Below are positions 1-11,947 of a DNA stretch of 64,000 bases, in pieces. The stretch is from Elsinoe ampelina. Taxonomy: Eukaryota. Positions within the stretch are counted from its first letter, which is position 1. Every line of letters starts with the position of its first letter. The translations under genes and the position numbers were made by a program. The stretch lies in NCBI GenBank assembly GCA_010093995.1, contig ML992511.1, forward strand, positions 171,917 through 235,916. The letters run 5' to 3'. The notes below the pieces were generated by a model. It was not told where the DNA came from. It was given only the letters and a program-made list of their open reading frames with translations, and did no database searches.

Positions 1-845
1 CAGGTGTGCGGGAGGAGGCGGAGGTAGTGCAGCGCCGCGGGGAGGGTCATGGGGAGGTGGTAGTTCTGGGATATCAGGGACCAGGCTTGGGTTGCGACGA
101 GGGAGGCGCGGAAGGCGAGGGTGAGGAGGGGGGAGGCGTGGAGGGGTTGGAGGAGGGGAGGGAGGGGGCAGGAGGGGGAGGGTGGGGTGAGGAGAGGGAT
201 CGAGGGGTTGGTGAAGTAGGGGTCCAGGGACATGAGGTGGGAGGAGAGGTCGAGGAGGAGGTACCCGATGAGGGAACGGAGGAGGGCGTGAAGGATGAAT
301 TCGAGGTGGTGGCGGGGGAGAGGGGCGTGCGGTTGGCGGCGGTCGTGGTGTGGGGAGGAGATGCGCCAGTTCGTGAAGCGGAGGGAGATGAGGAGGGTGC
401 CGACCCAGGTGAGGCGGGAGGAGAGGGAGGAGGGGTAGGGGATGGGGTCGTAGAGGAGGTTGTGGTAGGTGAGAGGTTGGTCGGGGATCTTGGGAGAGTC
501 GTCCTTTTCATGCGGCGGCTGGGATGTGTGTGGGCCCACTTGGTTGGTTCGCTGAGAGAGGTATACAAAGTCCTTTCGAGGGTCTTTGATGCCAAGGAGG
601 TAGATTGACCAGAGCAGGGCGTCCATGGAGATCACGTCAACTGCGCCCATTGCGTACCAGGCATGAAAGACAGCCGCCGTGATAATGGGGATGAAGAGGT
701 AGCATTGCCCCTGATGTGAGAGTATCTCTGGAGGAAGAAGCAGTCCTAGCGGTAACAAAATGAATGGTACAAAATAGCTGAAGCTCTGTGGACCTGGCAC
801 GATGTGGTTGACAAGATGATAGTACGAGATGTCCAGACACCCCAT
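1..845 (-). CDS. Membrane-bound O-acyltransferase (MBOAT_2 / wax-synthase-like) protein, 3'-truncated by window edge
   Basis: Minus-strand frame absent from the ORF track because it runs off the edge. It is open from ATG 845 to base 1: ...FVPFILLPLGLLLPP...WYAMGAVDVISMDALLWSIYLLGIKDPRKDF...RLTWVGTLLISLRFTNWRI...LIGYLLLDLSS...DPYF...LHYLRLLPHTW. Multiple hydrophobic segments resemble fungal MBOAT_2 acyltransferases. The true start may lie in an upstream exon. Confidence 0.6.
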   Translation of the reverse strand, partial: MGCLDISYYHLVNHIVPGPQSFSYFVPFILLPLGLLLPPEILSHQGQCYLFIPIITAAVFHAWYAMGAVDVISMDALLWSIYLLGIKDPRKDFVYLSQRTNQVGPHTSQPPHEKDDSPKIPDQPLTYHNLLYDPIPYPSSLSSRLTWVGTLLISLRFTNWRISSPHHDRRQPHAPLPRHHLEFILHALLRSLIGYLLLDLSSHLMSLDPYFTNPSIPLLTPPSPSCPLPPLLQPLHASPLLTLAFRASLVATQAWSLISQNYHLPMTLPAALHYLRLLPHT

Positions 846-979
846 CAGTGCCGCTGACCTGCTGTATAGCTTGACCTACCACGAGGGTCACGAAACATCA
901 CAAACTCCCAAAAATGGAAGAAGCATTTCGGACCCCTGCAAGATCTCATCCACGTCATGACCCTGGTCGAAGATCCGGC

Positions 980-989
980 ATTTCACATG
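980..989. promoter_or_regulatory. UAS-INO/ICRE-like bHLH site (ATTTCACATG)
   Basis: Exact reverse complement of the yeast UAS-INO consensus CATGTGAAAT, about 135 bp upstream of the acyltransferase ATG. Confidence 0.3.
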
Positions 990-1452
990 CAAGATCCAAT
1001 GACTCGTCCCCAGATCCGGTCTGGTCTCGCCTGACTCTCGTACCCCTCGGCTTTGTCCCCGACGGTCTTTTCCGATAAGATTCGACATCATATGCCGCCA
1101 AATTTTTGCATCTCTGATGTCGTTATCAGGCGTTTCGTACGTCTTTGTTTCCACAGTTCTGCGCTCAGACCCAATCGTTGTCTTTGGCATTAGTCCCTGG
1201 TCCGCGGTCCACATGTCAGGCCCGTTGGTGGTCGGCAGACCTGCTGCCCTGACGAAAGGTCTGGAATGCATTCCGAGCCTCGGTGGATACTGGTAGTATT
1301 GTGGTTCCACTCTGGTGTTTGGTAGGTTGATTTGAATGGCCCTTGCCACGAGACCGAGGTGCTCGTCAGTGTCGATATCCACTCGTGTTCTTTGTCTTTA
1401 CACTTCCCCGTATCCACTCCACAATCTCTCCTTGCCAACTACACCCACGACC

Positions 1453-2456
1453 ATGTCCAAGCAAGGCGACTTCGAGGCCGTCCGAAAGGACATCGCCGCC
1501 CTCCTCCACCAACCAGAATACGATGACGGCAGCGCTGGCCCCGTCCTCGTCCGTCTAGCCTGGTAAGCACCTCGGCCTCCGCACCCCTCCATCCCTAACC
1601 TGCCAGGCACTCCGCCGGCACCTACGACGCCTCGACCGACACAGGCGGCACCAACGGCGCAGGCATGCGCTACGAAGCCGAAGGCGGCGACCCGGCCAAC
1701 GCCGGTCTCCAACACGCGCGCGTCTTCCTCGAACCCGTCAAGGCCTCCCACCCATGGATCACCTACTCCGACCTCTGGGTGCTGGGCGGCATCGTCGCCA
1801 TCCAGGAAATGGGTGGCCCCGGCATCCCCTTCCTACCAGGCCGCACCGATTTCGTGGACGACAGCAAGTTGCCCCCACGTGGGCGCCTCCCCGACGGCGC
1901 AAAAGGCGCAGACCACGTCCGTCATGTGTTCTACCGCATGGGGTTCAGCGACCAGGAGATCGTCGCCTTGTCCGGCGCGCATAATCTGGGACGATGCCAC
2001 AATGACCGGTCTGGGTTCGAGGGAGCTTGGGTGCCGAATCCTACCAGGTTTAGTAACAGTTACTTCAAGCTGATGATGAGCTTGCAGTGGAAAGAGAAGG
2101 TGCTGGACAACGGGGTGAGGCAGTTTGTACACGTCGACGAGGATCTGGGGGAGGAGTTGATGATGCTGCCGTCGGATCTGGCGCTCTTGCATGACGAGGG
2201 CTTCAGGCCGTGGGTGGAGCTGTATGCGAAGGATAAGGATAGGTTTTTTGAAGATTTCAAGAATGTGTTTGGGAAGTTGATGGAGTTGGGGATAGAGAGG
2301 GATGGTGAGGGGAGGATTACGAACTCGGATAATGTAAAAGGTGGGTATCATTCGGCGCCGAAGAAGGCGGACGAGCCTGGTGTGCCGGAGAAGGTGGGAG
2401 ATGGGGAGGCGGTGCCGTTGAAGAAGGAGAACCAGGCGTTCAGGGCGAGGCTGTAA
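1453..2456 (+). CDS. ccp2: Class I heme peroxidase (cytochrome c peroxidase-like, Ccp2 type) with C-terminal PTS1
   Basis: Exon 1453-1562, 44-nt intron 1563-1606 (GTAAGC..CTAAC..CAG), exon 1607-2456. Motifs [34 protein letters not shown] and LMMLPSD. No mitochondrial presequence; ends in -ARL. Confidence 0.9.
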
Positions 2457-2787
2457 AGTGGTAGGATGAAACTACCAGGGAAGACGTGACAGTTCTTTGT
2501 ATAGGATTTGCAATTTTTCAACCGCATAGTAGACATAGAGGCGATACCCCATCATAGACGGCGGTATGAAAACAATAGACAGATCACCATTTTTGATAGG
2601 CGTAATATGACCAAGTGAAATTTCTTGATTAAAATCTCTTGTAGTAAACGTGGGTATCATCATCAGAAGCTATGTACAGTCTCCCCTTTGTTCAAACCCA
2701 ATTAAACAATCTCCCACTCTTTTTGAAGCTGAAAGTCGCTCGCTAAGCTGTAGAAATGTATCGTGATAATCGTCCTCGTTGCTGTCC

Positions 2788-4957
2788 TCACATGAACATG
2801 CCCAATCTCGTCTTTCTCCTCTCTGCTCTCCATCCTCCCTGGGATCCTACACCGAGCATTCCCTGCCCCTTCTCTCCCCCGAGTCTCCTCACCTCTGCAA
2901 CAGCGTGTCGCTCGCAGTATACCCTTCCCCCAACGTCAAAGTACTCCTCGCCCAAGGCTTCACGGCAGGTGCTGCAGCAAAGACACTTCGGATGGAACTT
3001 CTCCCGCTTCTCGGTCTCGAGGTACTGCCCTTCGATGCCTCTGTCGCAGCTTGTGCACAGACTTCCATTGAGACTGTGGTAGTGGTGCTCGCAATACGGC
3101 TTGTCCTGGAGAACATAGAACTCGGCACCGCTAAACGGTGAAGAGCAGGTACTGCATACAAAACAACCTTTGTGATAGCGGCCAGTGAGGCGACCATCCG
3201 CGCACTTGATGCTTTTGCCGATGATTGGGGTCGAGCAGCCTCGGCAAGTGTGTCGGGGTCGTTGAGTCGCGACACTGTTCAGCGAATTGTCAGTGCCGGA
3301 ACGGACGAGTGCTGGGCGAGAGGACAAGTCGGTCGAACCCCACGGGAGAGCACGTGAGTGTGAGGTGGGTGCAGACGCCGAATCTGCAGGTCTGGCAGGT
3401 CCGTAAGGATTATAGTTCGCGGCGTTGTTGGAGGAGTCGAGGACATATGCCTTGGTTGGAGGTTGTGTGTCCTGACCATAAGGATTGTACGGGTTGGAGT
3501 TGATGGGTGGCATGTTGCCATAACCTCTCGCGCTGTGCAGTGCGCGAGGTGGGCTCTTGTTGTCAGACACGCTCGAAGTATCGGACATTGGTGTGGTACG
3601 ACCAGTCCGTGGTAGGCTTGCAGCTGCACTGATGGAGGATCCAGCAGAAGAGTTGGAATGGCTGGGTGCGTGTGTCTCATAGCTGCGGCCGCTTGGAGCA
3701 GATGGTACAGGAGGAGCATCTTGAGGTCGAGTCTCTGGCCGCATGCCACTCCTGCTGCTACTCCTTGGTGGCGGGACCCCTGCGCCAGTGCTTGGAGGAG
3801 CGTAGGGATTGCGGAGATCACTCGCGGTCGCCGAACGCTCCGGTAATTGATTGATGAGCCGGTTGGTATTGCGCAAAGGCTCAGACGGCCGTCTCTCCAA
3901 TCCTCCATAGCCTTGCTCTTTCGGATATGTGTTCGACCTCATGTCTGGAGTCGGACCAGCAGGTGTTCTCGACCTCACTGGCTCATCCTTCAAAGACGCA
4001 ATAAAGTTGTCTACTTCACCTCCCGGTCTGCTTGGTCTCGGAGGACCTCTCGGTGCGGGTGCCTGCTGGGGCTGGGGTGGGGACGGTCGGAACATCTGCT
4101 CGGGTGATGCCTGCCTGGTAGGACCATTGTTCATCGGAGCATATGGGTTGTACTCGTTGTCGCTGCCGTTTGTTGGCTTTCTCTGGGGAGGTCGTGATCC
4201 TCCGCTGGGTTTACGACTGAAGAACGCATCCCTTTTTGCTTCGTCTCTTTCGTGCTGCGATTGTTGTGACAATGGACTGACGGATCTGGCTTGTGGAGGC
4301 TCTGATCGTGGAGCGGAAAGTGCGTACGGGTTTGGGTCATTGAAGAAGCCTGGTGAGCTGGCATCACTTCGAGGTGTGCTTGCCATTGGGCTCACTGGAA
4401 AAGGCGGGAAGGCACAGTCGAGGTTCGAGGACAGCTCGGCGGAGCGCTCGCGTGGGAGCTGTTGTTGTGGTCGGCGAAGATGATCGTTCTTGCCATTGCT
4501 CGGACCGGCGCAAGATATGAATGGTGAATTGGGTGACCTGCCCTCTGAGCTGACAGGACTCTGTGAGGCATAGAGATTCTGTTGAGCATATGGACGATCT
4601 GTTTATTGTTAGCTTTGTATTCAACGCTTGCCCTTCTCTTGCACGTACTGGCTGCAGACGCATCGATCCGAGGAGGCACGAATCTCGTGGGTTTAAGATG
4701 TTGTCCTCCTCCATGATCTGGCGACAATAGCTGTGGACTGTCGACTCTTTGAGGGTATTGTTGGTGACCTCGCGGGGCAGCTGCAGAGAAGATGTCAGTC
4801 GGCCGATCTGTAGACGCGTTCCTGCATGAGATTCCCCACCATTCTGGCCGCTTCCTCGGCAAATGTGTTCTCCCATCATGGATATCTCGACATCGTAGCC
4901 GCAGTTGGAGCATTTGATCGACGGCAGCATACTGGGTGCGCGCATGGTCATGGCCAT
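2788..4957 (-). CDS. LIM-domain (paxillin-like, Pxl1-type) protein
   Basis: N-terminal IKCSNC...MGEHIC motif; introns 4781-4839 and 4599-4648; long Pro/Ser-rich middle; two C-terminal LIM domains (CRGC...YHKGCFVCSTC...YCEHHY; CTSC...FHPKCLCCSTC...YCERH). Confidence 0.85.
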
Positions 4958-6659
4958 GATTGCGATTGTATTTCTGGCAAGCTGAGCTAAGTGTGATCAA
5001 ATCGATATGGTCGTGTGCAGAAGAATCGATACCCCGAGTCGCGCAACGGTGATGAAACGGCGTCGAGGCCAAAGAATGAATTCAGGAGTCGCCAGATATT
5101 TCGACGTTAGGGAGTGACATGCGAGTGGGACGTTCTGGACGCGGCTTGTCCTTCGTATTTGGTAGTCGTACAGATATGAAATGCAAGCTGTAATAAAGGC
5201 GGTATGTTGCAAGGATGTTTGTTGCGATGCTCAGGCCCAGCGACGGTCAGACTCAAGGGCGCTGCTGATGGTAGTATCAAAGGAATGTAATTTGCCCGTA
5301 ACGGACGGGACGGTGAATGGACAATGGCAACAAAGAGAGACGAGATACGGACTGTAGAGACTGACGATGGCAATGACACACGATGCTGAAACTAGCAGGA
5401 GAAGAGTGATGGAAAGAAACGCATTGTACGATCAGCGCCGGTCTGTCTCTACCATGCCGTGGATTGGCAGTCGAGTCGAGCTCCGGTTGCAACAGGAGGG
5501 TCCGACATGAAACACACAGCCATTCACCGTGAACTTTAGTGCCATTTGGTCAGAGGCACGGGCGACAGCATTGCGATAGGCTGACGATCACCTGGCAGCG
5601 CCGACCACCAAAGTCTGTTGGTACAGTAGTTTCTGTAGGAAGCCCCTTGTCTGGCCTAGCGCGTGGTTGATATGGCATGGTGTCTCAATTAGCCGCTTCT
5701 GCACGAAATGAGACGCCATCCTGCTGTCAGGCCATCTCCGGTCGCTGACTGGTGGCCACTTGCAATATCTTATTAAAGCGAAACAAAAGGGCGGTCTGGT
5801 AGGCGGGTGGCTATCGCTACCACGATGCAGGCTGGCGGTGATTGCTTCGAGATGCAGGTATCCACATGGCTTGTCAGGAATGCTCGCCAGCATCCATGCC
5901 ATGGCTGGCAGCTGGCTCCGGACAACCGAGGGACCCTCTTCTCTGACGAACTCTGCGTGGGACCTCGAGAGGGCTCGTGTTGTGCATCCCGTGTGCATCG
6001 ACATCAATGCTTGAAGCTTTGAGCACCCACGATTCATGATGATCTGCTGTCATTCTCAATGCATCCGATGTGTCGCTTCGATAAAGATATTCCGACCGTC
6101 ATGACATTGGGTGGTGAGCGGCATTTCTCTTATTCTTGGCCTTCTGCCTACGGTCATACAAATCTCTACACCTCCGTCAACAGACTTTGACCAATTTAGT
6201 TCCATCATCTCTGGATCAATCATAGCCTTTTCCTCGGTGGCTTTGCTCTAGCGGCCGTCGCTTCTTATTCAGCTGCTGAGATGCTGGGATGTCCCTTGTG
6301 ACCTCAGTTCAGTCTCAACCTTGACAGAAGCTCGGTGCCAGCGGCAAAGGCGCCTACCAGCTTGCAGGAGAAAATGGCGGTCAGATAGGTAAGATACGTC
6401 CGTGATATTCTTATAGGTCTCATGATGCGTAGTCCGGTCCCCCAACTTTTGTCACCAAATTTCGGACCCACTCTCCACCACCTCAACTGTGATCGATCTA
6501 CTGCATTGGTGTTCGGCATCTCCTCTGTTTGTCGAAGTGTAAGCTGCACCAGTTTGTTCTATTCCCTTGATCAGGGTATCTCCGAATACAAAGGTGGAGC
6601 AAACCGGGGGAAACGGTATGCTCTCCACAGTTCAAAATGTGATTCCGGTAGGTCTCATC

Positions 6660-7177
6660 CATGTATACAACCTGCGGGATCATGCGTATGGCCATGTCTA
6701 CCTATTACGAGGCGCAGTAGACGAGTCTTCAGAATGGCCGTCATCTCAACAATCACACCATTGGCTGACACTCGATCTGCTACTGTCGGCGTGAATGCTT
6801 GGGTGATACATCACGATCCAGCAGTATACGGTCAGGACCATGAGTCTTTCAGGCCCGAGCGTTGGCTCAAAGGCAACAAAGGAGACATGGAACGATACTT
6901 CTGCGCTTTTGGTGGGGGTCAGAGATTGTGCATCGTCAAGAGTGAGTCCTCACCAGACCTTACTTGGATACGAGGTTGATACTGACAGAACACTAGACAT
7001 AAGCATGATCGAGATGAGCAATTCCATACCATACTTCTTCGACGAATTTGAGGTATCACTCGCGGATCCTGAAAGAGAGCTCGAAGAAGATTCCGCCTCG
7101 TACTTCAGAATCTTCAAAGCTGACATGATTGTCACAGGTGGTTCGTCAAGCAGACAGGTCTCCATGTCAATGTTTGA
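6660..7177 (+). pseudogene. Cytochrome P450 3' fragment (pisatin-demethylase-like C-terminus), probably a pseudogene
   Basis: TVGVNAWVIHHDPAVYG..FRPERW..FCAFGGGQRLCIVK, then an intron (GTGAGT..CTGAC..TAG), then ISMIEMS..FEVSLADP, a second intron, and WFVKQTGLHVNV*. The heme-motif Gly is replaced by Val, there is no intact ExxR, and no N-terminal P450 region lies upstream. Confidence 0.75.
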
Positions 7178-8006
7178 CAGCGAGTTGGGAAGAACTGATT
7201 GGGCGCCTCCCTTCCTTATTACAGGAGTGGACGAAGAAACAGTCAAAGATCGTTCCGAGTCATTATGTGTATGTTCCCTGCAAAAGACAGACTAGTTCTC
7301 AGCCCTCGACTCGTCCACCGCTCGCCTGTTCATATCTTCGTGCTACCCCCTTCGAATCAGAAGGGAACGTGACATGTCTGAGAGCGGCACAACGGCGCAG
7401 CAGCTTGTCAGGTGGCAGCACAATGTAGACGCACGTGTCAGACTGACTGCACAATGTACCGTAGTGTCGGGGCGCAGGTACAATCCATTGAGATGTCCAA
7501 AGCGAATGGAGGTGACAGTGATCTCGTCTGCACTTCCCGCCCCAGCAGCAAAGAGGGAATAAGGGGAACCCCCTGACTTTGCCAAACCACGGCTCGGCTG
7601 CAACCTTGTTGGTCTCCTCATTTCCGGCCATTTGTCTTGATTGGTCAATGCCTGCTATGCTTCGATCTTGCGGATCGCGGAGAAACCTATCGCCGCCGTC
7701 TTCGACCTCGAGTCTTGCTCGTCGACGACTTCCTCTGCTGTTGAAGCGACGTCAACATATCCTAGATGGCTCCGAAACAGCTCGGTCGATAACAAGCTTA
7801 ACGCGAAGACCACTCCACATGACCACAGTAAACTCTCTGCGCAGAAACCGCTTTACAAGGCTTCTCAACCAGCTCTGTCCCGCCAAACAGTCTACCAGAT
7901 CGACGTCTGTAAGTTTCGACTTGGTATATGGTGTAGGAGCACTTCGCCACGGGTCCTGAGCAGGTCCCATGGCCGTCTCCAGGCTTCCTTTTCATTGTTG
8001 GCCTCC

Positions 8007-8016
8007 TTTCACATGC
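8007..8016. promoter_or_regulatory. UAS-INO/ICRE-like site (TTTCACATGC) in INO1 promoter
   Basis: Matches the core of the yeast ICRE (WYTTCAYRTG, first position differs), about 380 bp upstream of the INO1 ATG. A TATA-like TATAA lies at about 8286. Confidence 0.35.
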
Positions 8017-8389
8017 ACAGGTAAGTAAAACTAAGGTCTCACCCGCATCTGACCAAACGCCTGGAGAAACCAATGCTCCGTACTTTGGACTCAAAGGTGG
8101 TACAACTCATACTGGGAGAAACAAACATGCGCGCTATTTACTCTTGTCGACACGTCTACACCGCCCCTCCGACCTTCCGCGTACATCCATTCCTTATCGC
8201 CTGATTTAATCCCATTAGCCAATCCTCATTTACCCTTGATTCAACAACCATTGTTGTCCCACGCCTAGCGTGTCAGCATACTACATATAACGGCAATCTA
8301 GCCCGTCCGCTCTTAACCACTCCCTCTTCTCACAAAATCCCTCTTTGCAGCCACGTCACCTCTACACTTCACTTTATTCACCCGCAATC

Positions 8390-9997
8390 ATGGCTCCCCA
8401 CGCCGATGACTCTGTCGTTGCCTCTTTCTCCTCCTTCACTACCCCCAAAGACACGTTCGAGGTTGCCTCGTCCAACGTAAAATACACACAAGACCAGATT
8501 CGCAGCAAGTATGTCTACCGTACGACTGCCGTCTCTCGCAAGGACGACGGTAAGCTCATCGCTACCCCAAAGGAAATCACATACGATTTCAAGGTGGACC
8601 GCAAGGTTGGCAAGGTCGGTATGATGCTGGTCGGTCTCGGTGGAAACAACGGAACCACCGTCACTGCCGGTATCATGGCCAACCGCCGGGATCTGGTCTG
8701 GCAGACAAAGACTGGCTCTCGTGCCGCCAACTACTATGGCTCGGTCGTCATGTCGTCCACCATGAAGCTCGGCACGGACGAGCGCACAGCTGAGGAGATC
8801 AACATTCCCATCCACGACGTCCTGCCCATGGTCCACCCCAACGACCTCGTTATTGGCGGGTGGGACATCAGCGGCATGAACCTCGCAGAAGCCATGGACC
8901 GTGCAAAGGTTCTTGAGCCTACTCTCAAGCAGCTCGTGTACAAGGAGATGGCACAAATGACACCCCTCCCATCGATCTACTACCCTACCTTCATCGCCGC
9001 CAACCAAGAAAGCCGTGCCGACAATGTCCTCCCCGGCCGCAAAGCCTCCACCGAGCACGTCGAGAAGCTCCGATCCGACATCCGTGAATTCAAGCAGAAG
9101 AACGGCCTCGACAAGGTCATCGTCCTCTGGACCGCCAACACGGAGAGATACGCCCAAATCATCCCCAACATCAACGACACGGCCGACAACCTCCTCAAAG
9201 CCATCGAAGCCGGCCACGAAGAAGTCTCCCCCTCGACCGTCTTCGCCGTCGCCTCCATCCTCGAAAACGCCCCCTTCATCAACGGCTCCCCACAAAACAC
9301 CTTCGTCCCCGGCGTCATCGACCTCGCCGAGCGCCACTCTGCCTTCATCGGCGGCGACGACTTCAAGTCCGGCCAGACCAAGATGAAGTCGGCCCTCGTC
9401 GACTTCCTCATCAACGCCGGCATCAAACTCACCTCGATCGCATCGTACAACCACCTCGGCAACAACGACGGCAAGAACCTCTCTTCCCACGAACAGTTCC
9501 GCTCAAAGGAGATTTCAAAGTCCAACGTCGTCGACGACATGGTCGCTGCCAACCACATCCTCTACGCCAAGGACGAACACCCCGACCATACTGTTGTGAT
9601 CAAGTACATGCCTGCTGTCGGCGACGATAAGCGTGCGTTGGACGAGTACTACGCCGAGATCTTCCTGGGAGGGCACCAGACGATTTCAATGTTCAATGTG
9701 TGCGAGGATTCGTTGCTCGCGTCGCCGTTGATTATTGATCTTGTTGTGTTGGCGGAGCTGATGACGAGGGTGCAGTGGAGGTTACATAAGGCTGGGGACG
9801 AAGGGGAGGAGGGCTTCAAGGGGTTTCATAGTGTGTTGAGCATTCTGTCGTATATGCTCAAGGCACCGTTGACGCCGCCCGGCACGCCCGTAGTCAATTC
9901 GTTGGCGAAGCAAAGGGGGGCGATGATCAATATTTTCAGGGCTTGTCTCGGATTGGATCCGGAGAGTGATATGACACTGGAGCATAAATTGTTCTAG
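8390..9997 (+). CDS. INO1: myo-inositol-1-phosphate synthase
   Basis: Intronless, 535 aa. Signature motifs [47 protein letters not shown] and NVCEDSLLA. Confidence 0.98.
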   Translation: MAPHADDSVVASFSSFTTPKDTFEVASSNVKYTQDQIRSKYVYRTTAVSRKDDGKLIATPKEITYDFKVDRKVGKVGMMLVGLGGNNGTTVTAGIMANRRDLVWQTKTGSRAANYYGSVVMSSTMKLGTDERTAEEINIPIHDVLPMVHPNDLVIGGWDISGMNLAEAMDRAKVLEPTLKQLVYKEMAQMTPLPSIYYPTFIAANQESRADNVLPGRKASTEHVEKLRSDIREFKQKNGLDKVIVLWTANTERYAQIIPNINDTADNLLKAIEAGHEEVSPSTVFAVASILENAPFINGSPQNTFVPGVIDLAERHSAFIGGDDFKSGQTKMKSALVDFLINAGIKLTSIASYNHLGNNDGKNLSSHEQFRSKEISKSNVVDDMVAANHILYAKDEHPDHTVVIKYMPAVGDDKRALDEYYAEIFLGGHQTISMFNVCEDSLLASPLIIDLVVLAELMTRVQWRLHKAGDEGEEGFKGFHSVLSILSYMLKAPLTPPGTPVVNSLAKQRGAMINIFRACLGLDPESDMTLEHKLF

Positions 9998-10209
9998 AGG
10001 GAGAGGACTGGTTGGGAGGGCGGGTTGAACATGGATTGCATACCTTGAGGGAGTACAGATCCATCCGTAGATAGTCTGTCTTTTGGTAGTCAAATGGCAA
10101 TGATCTGGTATCCTGAAGACCCGGGCTTTCCTTGGTGGCCAATATACCTGACTGGTCCTCCTTTGACATTGGTTGAGGGTAGTGTTGCGACGAGCACCTC
10201 GTATGCTCG

Positions 10210-10660
10210 AAGCCTCCGCACCGTCTGGACCAGCCTAGGCTGCTTTCTCTGCTCCGGTTAACGCGAACCATCTAGGTCCACCTCCTAGCGCACCGCCCGC
10301 CAACCTCGCTCATCCCAGTCCTCCAGGCGGGTACTTTCGTCTTTCCTGGTGGTCTCCGACCTATGACACGGAGCTACATGCCTGGTCCTCCGCCTCCTAG
10401 TCCCTTAGCTTCATGGGAGCACTGTATGAGAGATAGACGCGATAGGCATAGAGAGGGGGACCGTGATTAAGGTAACAGAAGAGACAGAGACAGAGATGGC
10501 GAGCGGAAGAGGATAGAAATCGTGAGCAGCAGAGGGAAAGGGACAATAATCGAAGGGATGGAGACAGAGATGGGGAAAGGGAAAGGCATAGGGACAGAGA
10601 TTGAGGTGACCGCGATCGCCATCGTGATCGCGAAAGAGATTGATGTGGTGGTGCGTGGGA
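10210..10660 (+). pseudogene. Degenerate Pro-rich / Arg-Asp (RD/RE) repeat coding relic
   Basis: Reads ASAPSGPA*...GPPPSAPP...YMPGPPPP...MRDRRDRHREGDRD*GNRRDRDRDGE, frameshift, DRNREQQRERD...RHRDRD*GDRDRHRDRERD*. Stops at 10468, 10602 and 10641. Confidence 0.55.
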
Positions 10661-11131
10661 CAGAGGTTCGAGAAAGGCAAACAAGATGGACGATCAGATG
10701 GTGTCAGGGTCAGAAGAGATGACATTGAGAACCCAACATAGACGTAACTACGTGAGCCCAAAGGTGGACCTTGAATCCGTTCATGTGAGTCGGGTACCCT
10801 TCTAGCAAGATGTGGCCCACGACGGTGGCTCACTCCTCCCAACATCTATCAGAGAGTACACATTACGTCCCATCTACGTCGTAATTCGTTACGCTTGAGC
10901 ATCATTACATGCTGTGATTCGTCACTCGTAATCCATTTCCGTTTCCAGATGCGGCTTGGTGACAGTACCACCGACCACAGTGCACAACCCAGCGACTCAG
11001 AACCGCTGTTACGCCAGGCGTGCCATGCTTGAAGACTTGCATGTCCTCTTCTCCGCCGCCCGTAGCGGGGTGGTATCGCTTCCCAGACTAGGAGTCACCT
11101 GAGCCACAGGAAGTGTTCTCTTGGCGGCGTT

Positions 11132-11947
11132 TCATGGCGAGGCCTGGTTACTGTCATCTTCAGGTCGACGCGGAGGCCGTTGATTCGCGTATTCGGCCAA
11201 GATGTCCCCCACGCGGTAGATGTCCATCACAAGGCTCTGGAAGGAAGCTATGCACTGGGCAGTGGCAGCCACGCACACAAAGCTGTTTGACGGAGCGGTT
11301 TCCTGCGCCGTGTACTCCAGTATCAGAGCCACCGTTGCGCTCCATGAGACGGCCGCACGGGATATGGTCCCCCATGAATGCGCCGAGCGGTAGGCGACGA
11401 ACGCTGCCAAGCATCGGGCGGCCACTGAGGCAAAGCAGCATCGTAAATGAATGTGAATCGGCCAGCTCATGGCTTGAGACACGGCGGTGAGCAAGGAGAT
11501 TGACGAGGCGGCGGTGGTATAAAAGCAAGGGTTGAACCAGGGGCTCCTAGGGAAGCGAGGCTTGTCGTCCCTTTGTTCCAAGAAAGCGTGAACCACGCCG
11601 AGACCGGCCGGGAGCAATATCAGTAAGTAGTCTAAAGTAGTGTACGTGGTGGCGTGAATGGCAGATGGTGTGATTGCGGAGCCATCGTCCGTCTCCGTCC
11701 CCTGTGACAAGCGAGTCTGTAGATTCAATTGGCATATCACACGGACAGCCTGCCAGATGTGCAAGCAGAGGATGCCCAAGTTCAGCATGGCCACTGCGAT
11801 CGCCAGGGAAAGCCTTGCAAGTCGTCCTTTGAGTGTGGGTCCGCCATGGTCTGTCGGAACGGACTGGGTGCGAGTGCCTCTGTGACCAAGGCTGGTGGTG
11901 ACCTGCGCTTCACCATCCTGGTATGATTGGCTGCCGGAGCAAGACAT
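11132..11947 (-). CDS. Hypothetical multi-pass membrane protein (orphan)
   Basis: About 271-aa ORF from ATG 11947 with 4-5 hydrophobic stretches (LSLAIAVAMLNLGILCLHIW; LLILLPAGLGVVHAFL). No recognised family. Confidence 0.4.
   Translation of the reverse strand: MSCSGSQSYQDGEAQVTTSLGHRGTRTQSVPTDHGGPTLKGRLARLSLAIAVAMLNLGILCLHIWQAVRVICQLNLQTRLSQGTETDDGSAITPSAIHATTYTTLDYLLILLPAGLGVVHAFLEQRDDKPRFPRSPWFNPCFYTTAASSISLLTAVSQAMSWPIHIHLRCCFASVAARCLAAFVAYRSAHSWGTISRAAVSWSATVALILEYTAQETAPSNSFVCVAATAQCIASFQSLVMDIYRVGDILAEYANQRPPRRPEDDSNQASP

Noticed and set aside
6..608. Track ORFs 6..608 (+) and 74..595 (-)
   Set aside because: Shadow frames of the real minus-strand acyltransferase, produced by extreme G/C skew.
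8345..8389. Non-AUG N-terminal extension of INO1
   Set aside because: Short, with no targeting features; ATG 8390 has good context and gives a normal length.
8378..9490. 370-aa antisense ORF over INO1 (and similar ones over SRP40, MFS and G-alpha)
   Set aside because: Expected by-product of strong codon bias; no protein motifs.
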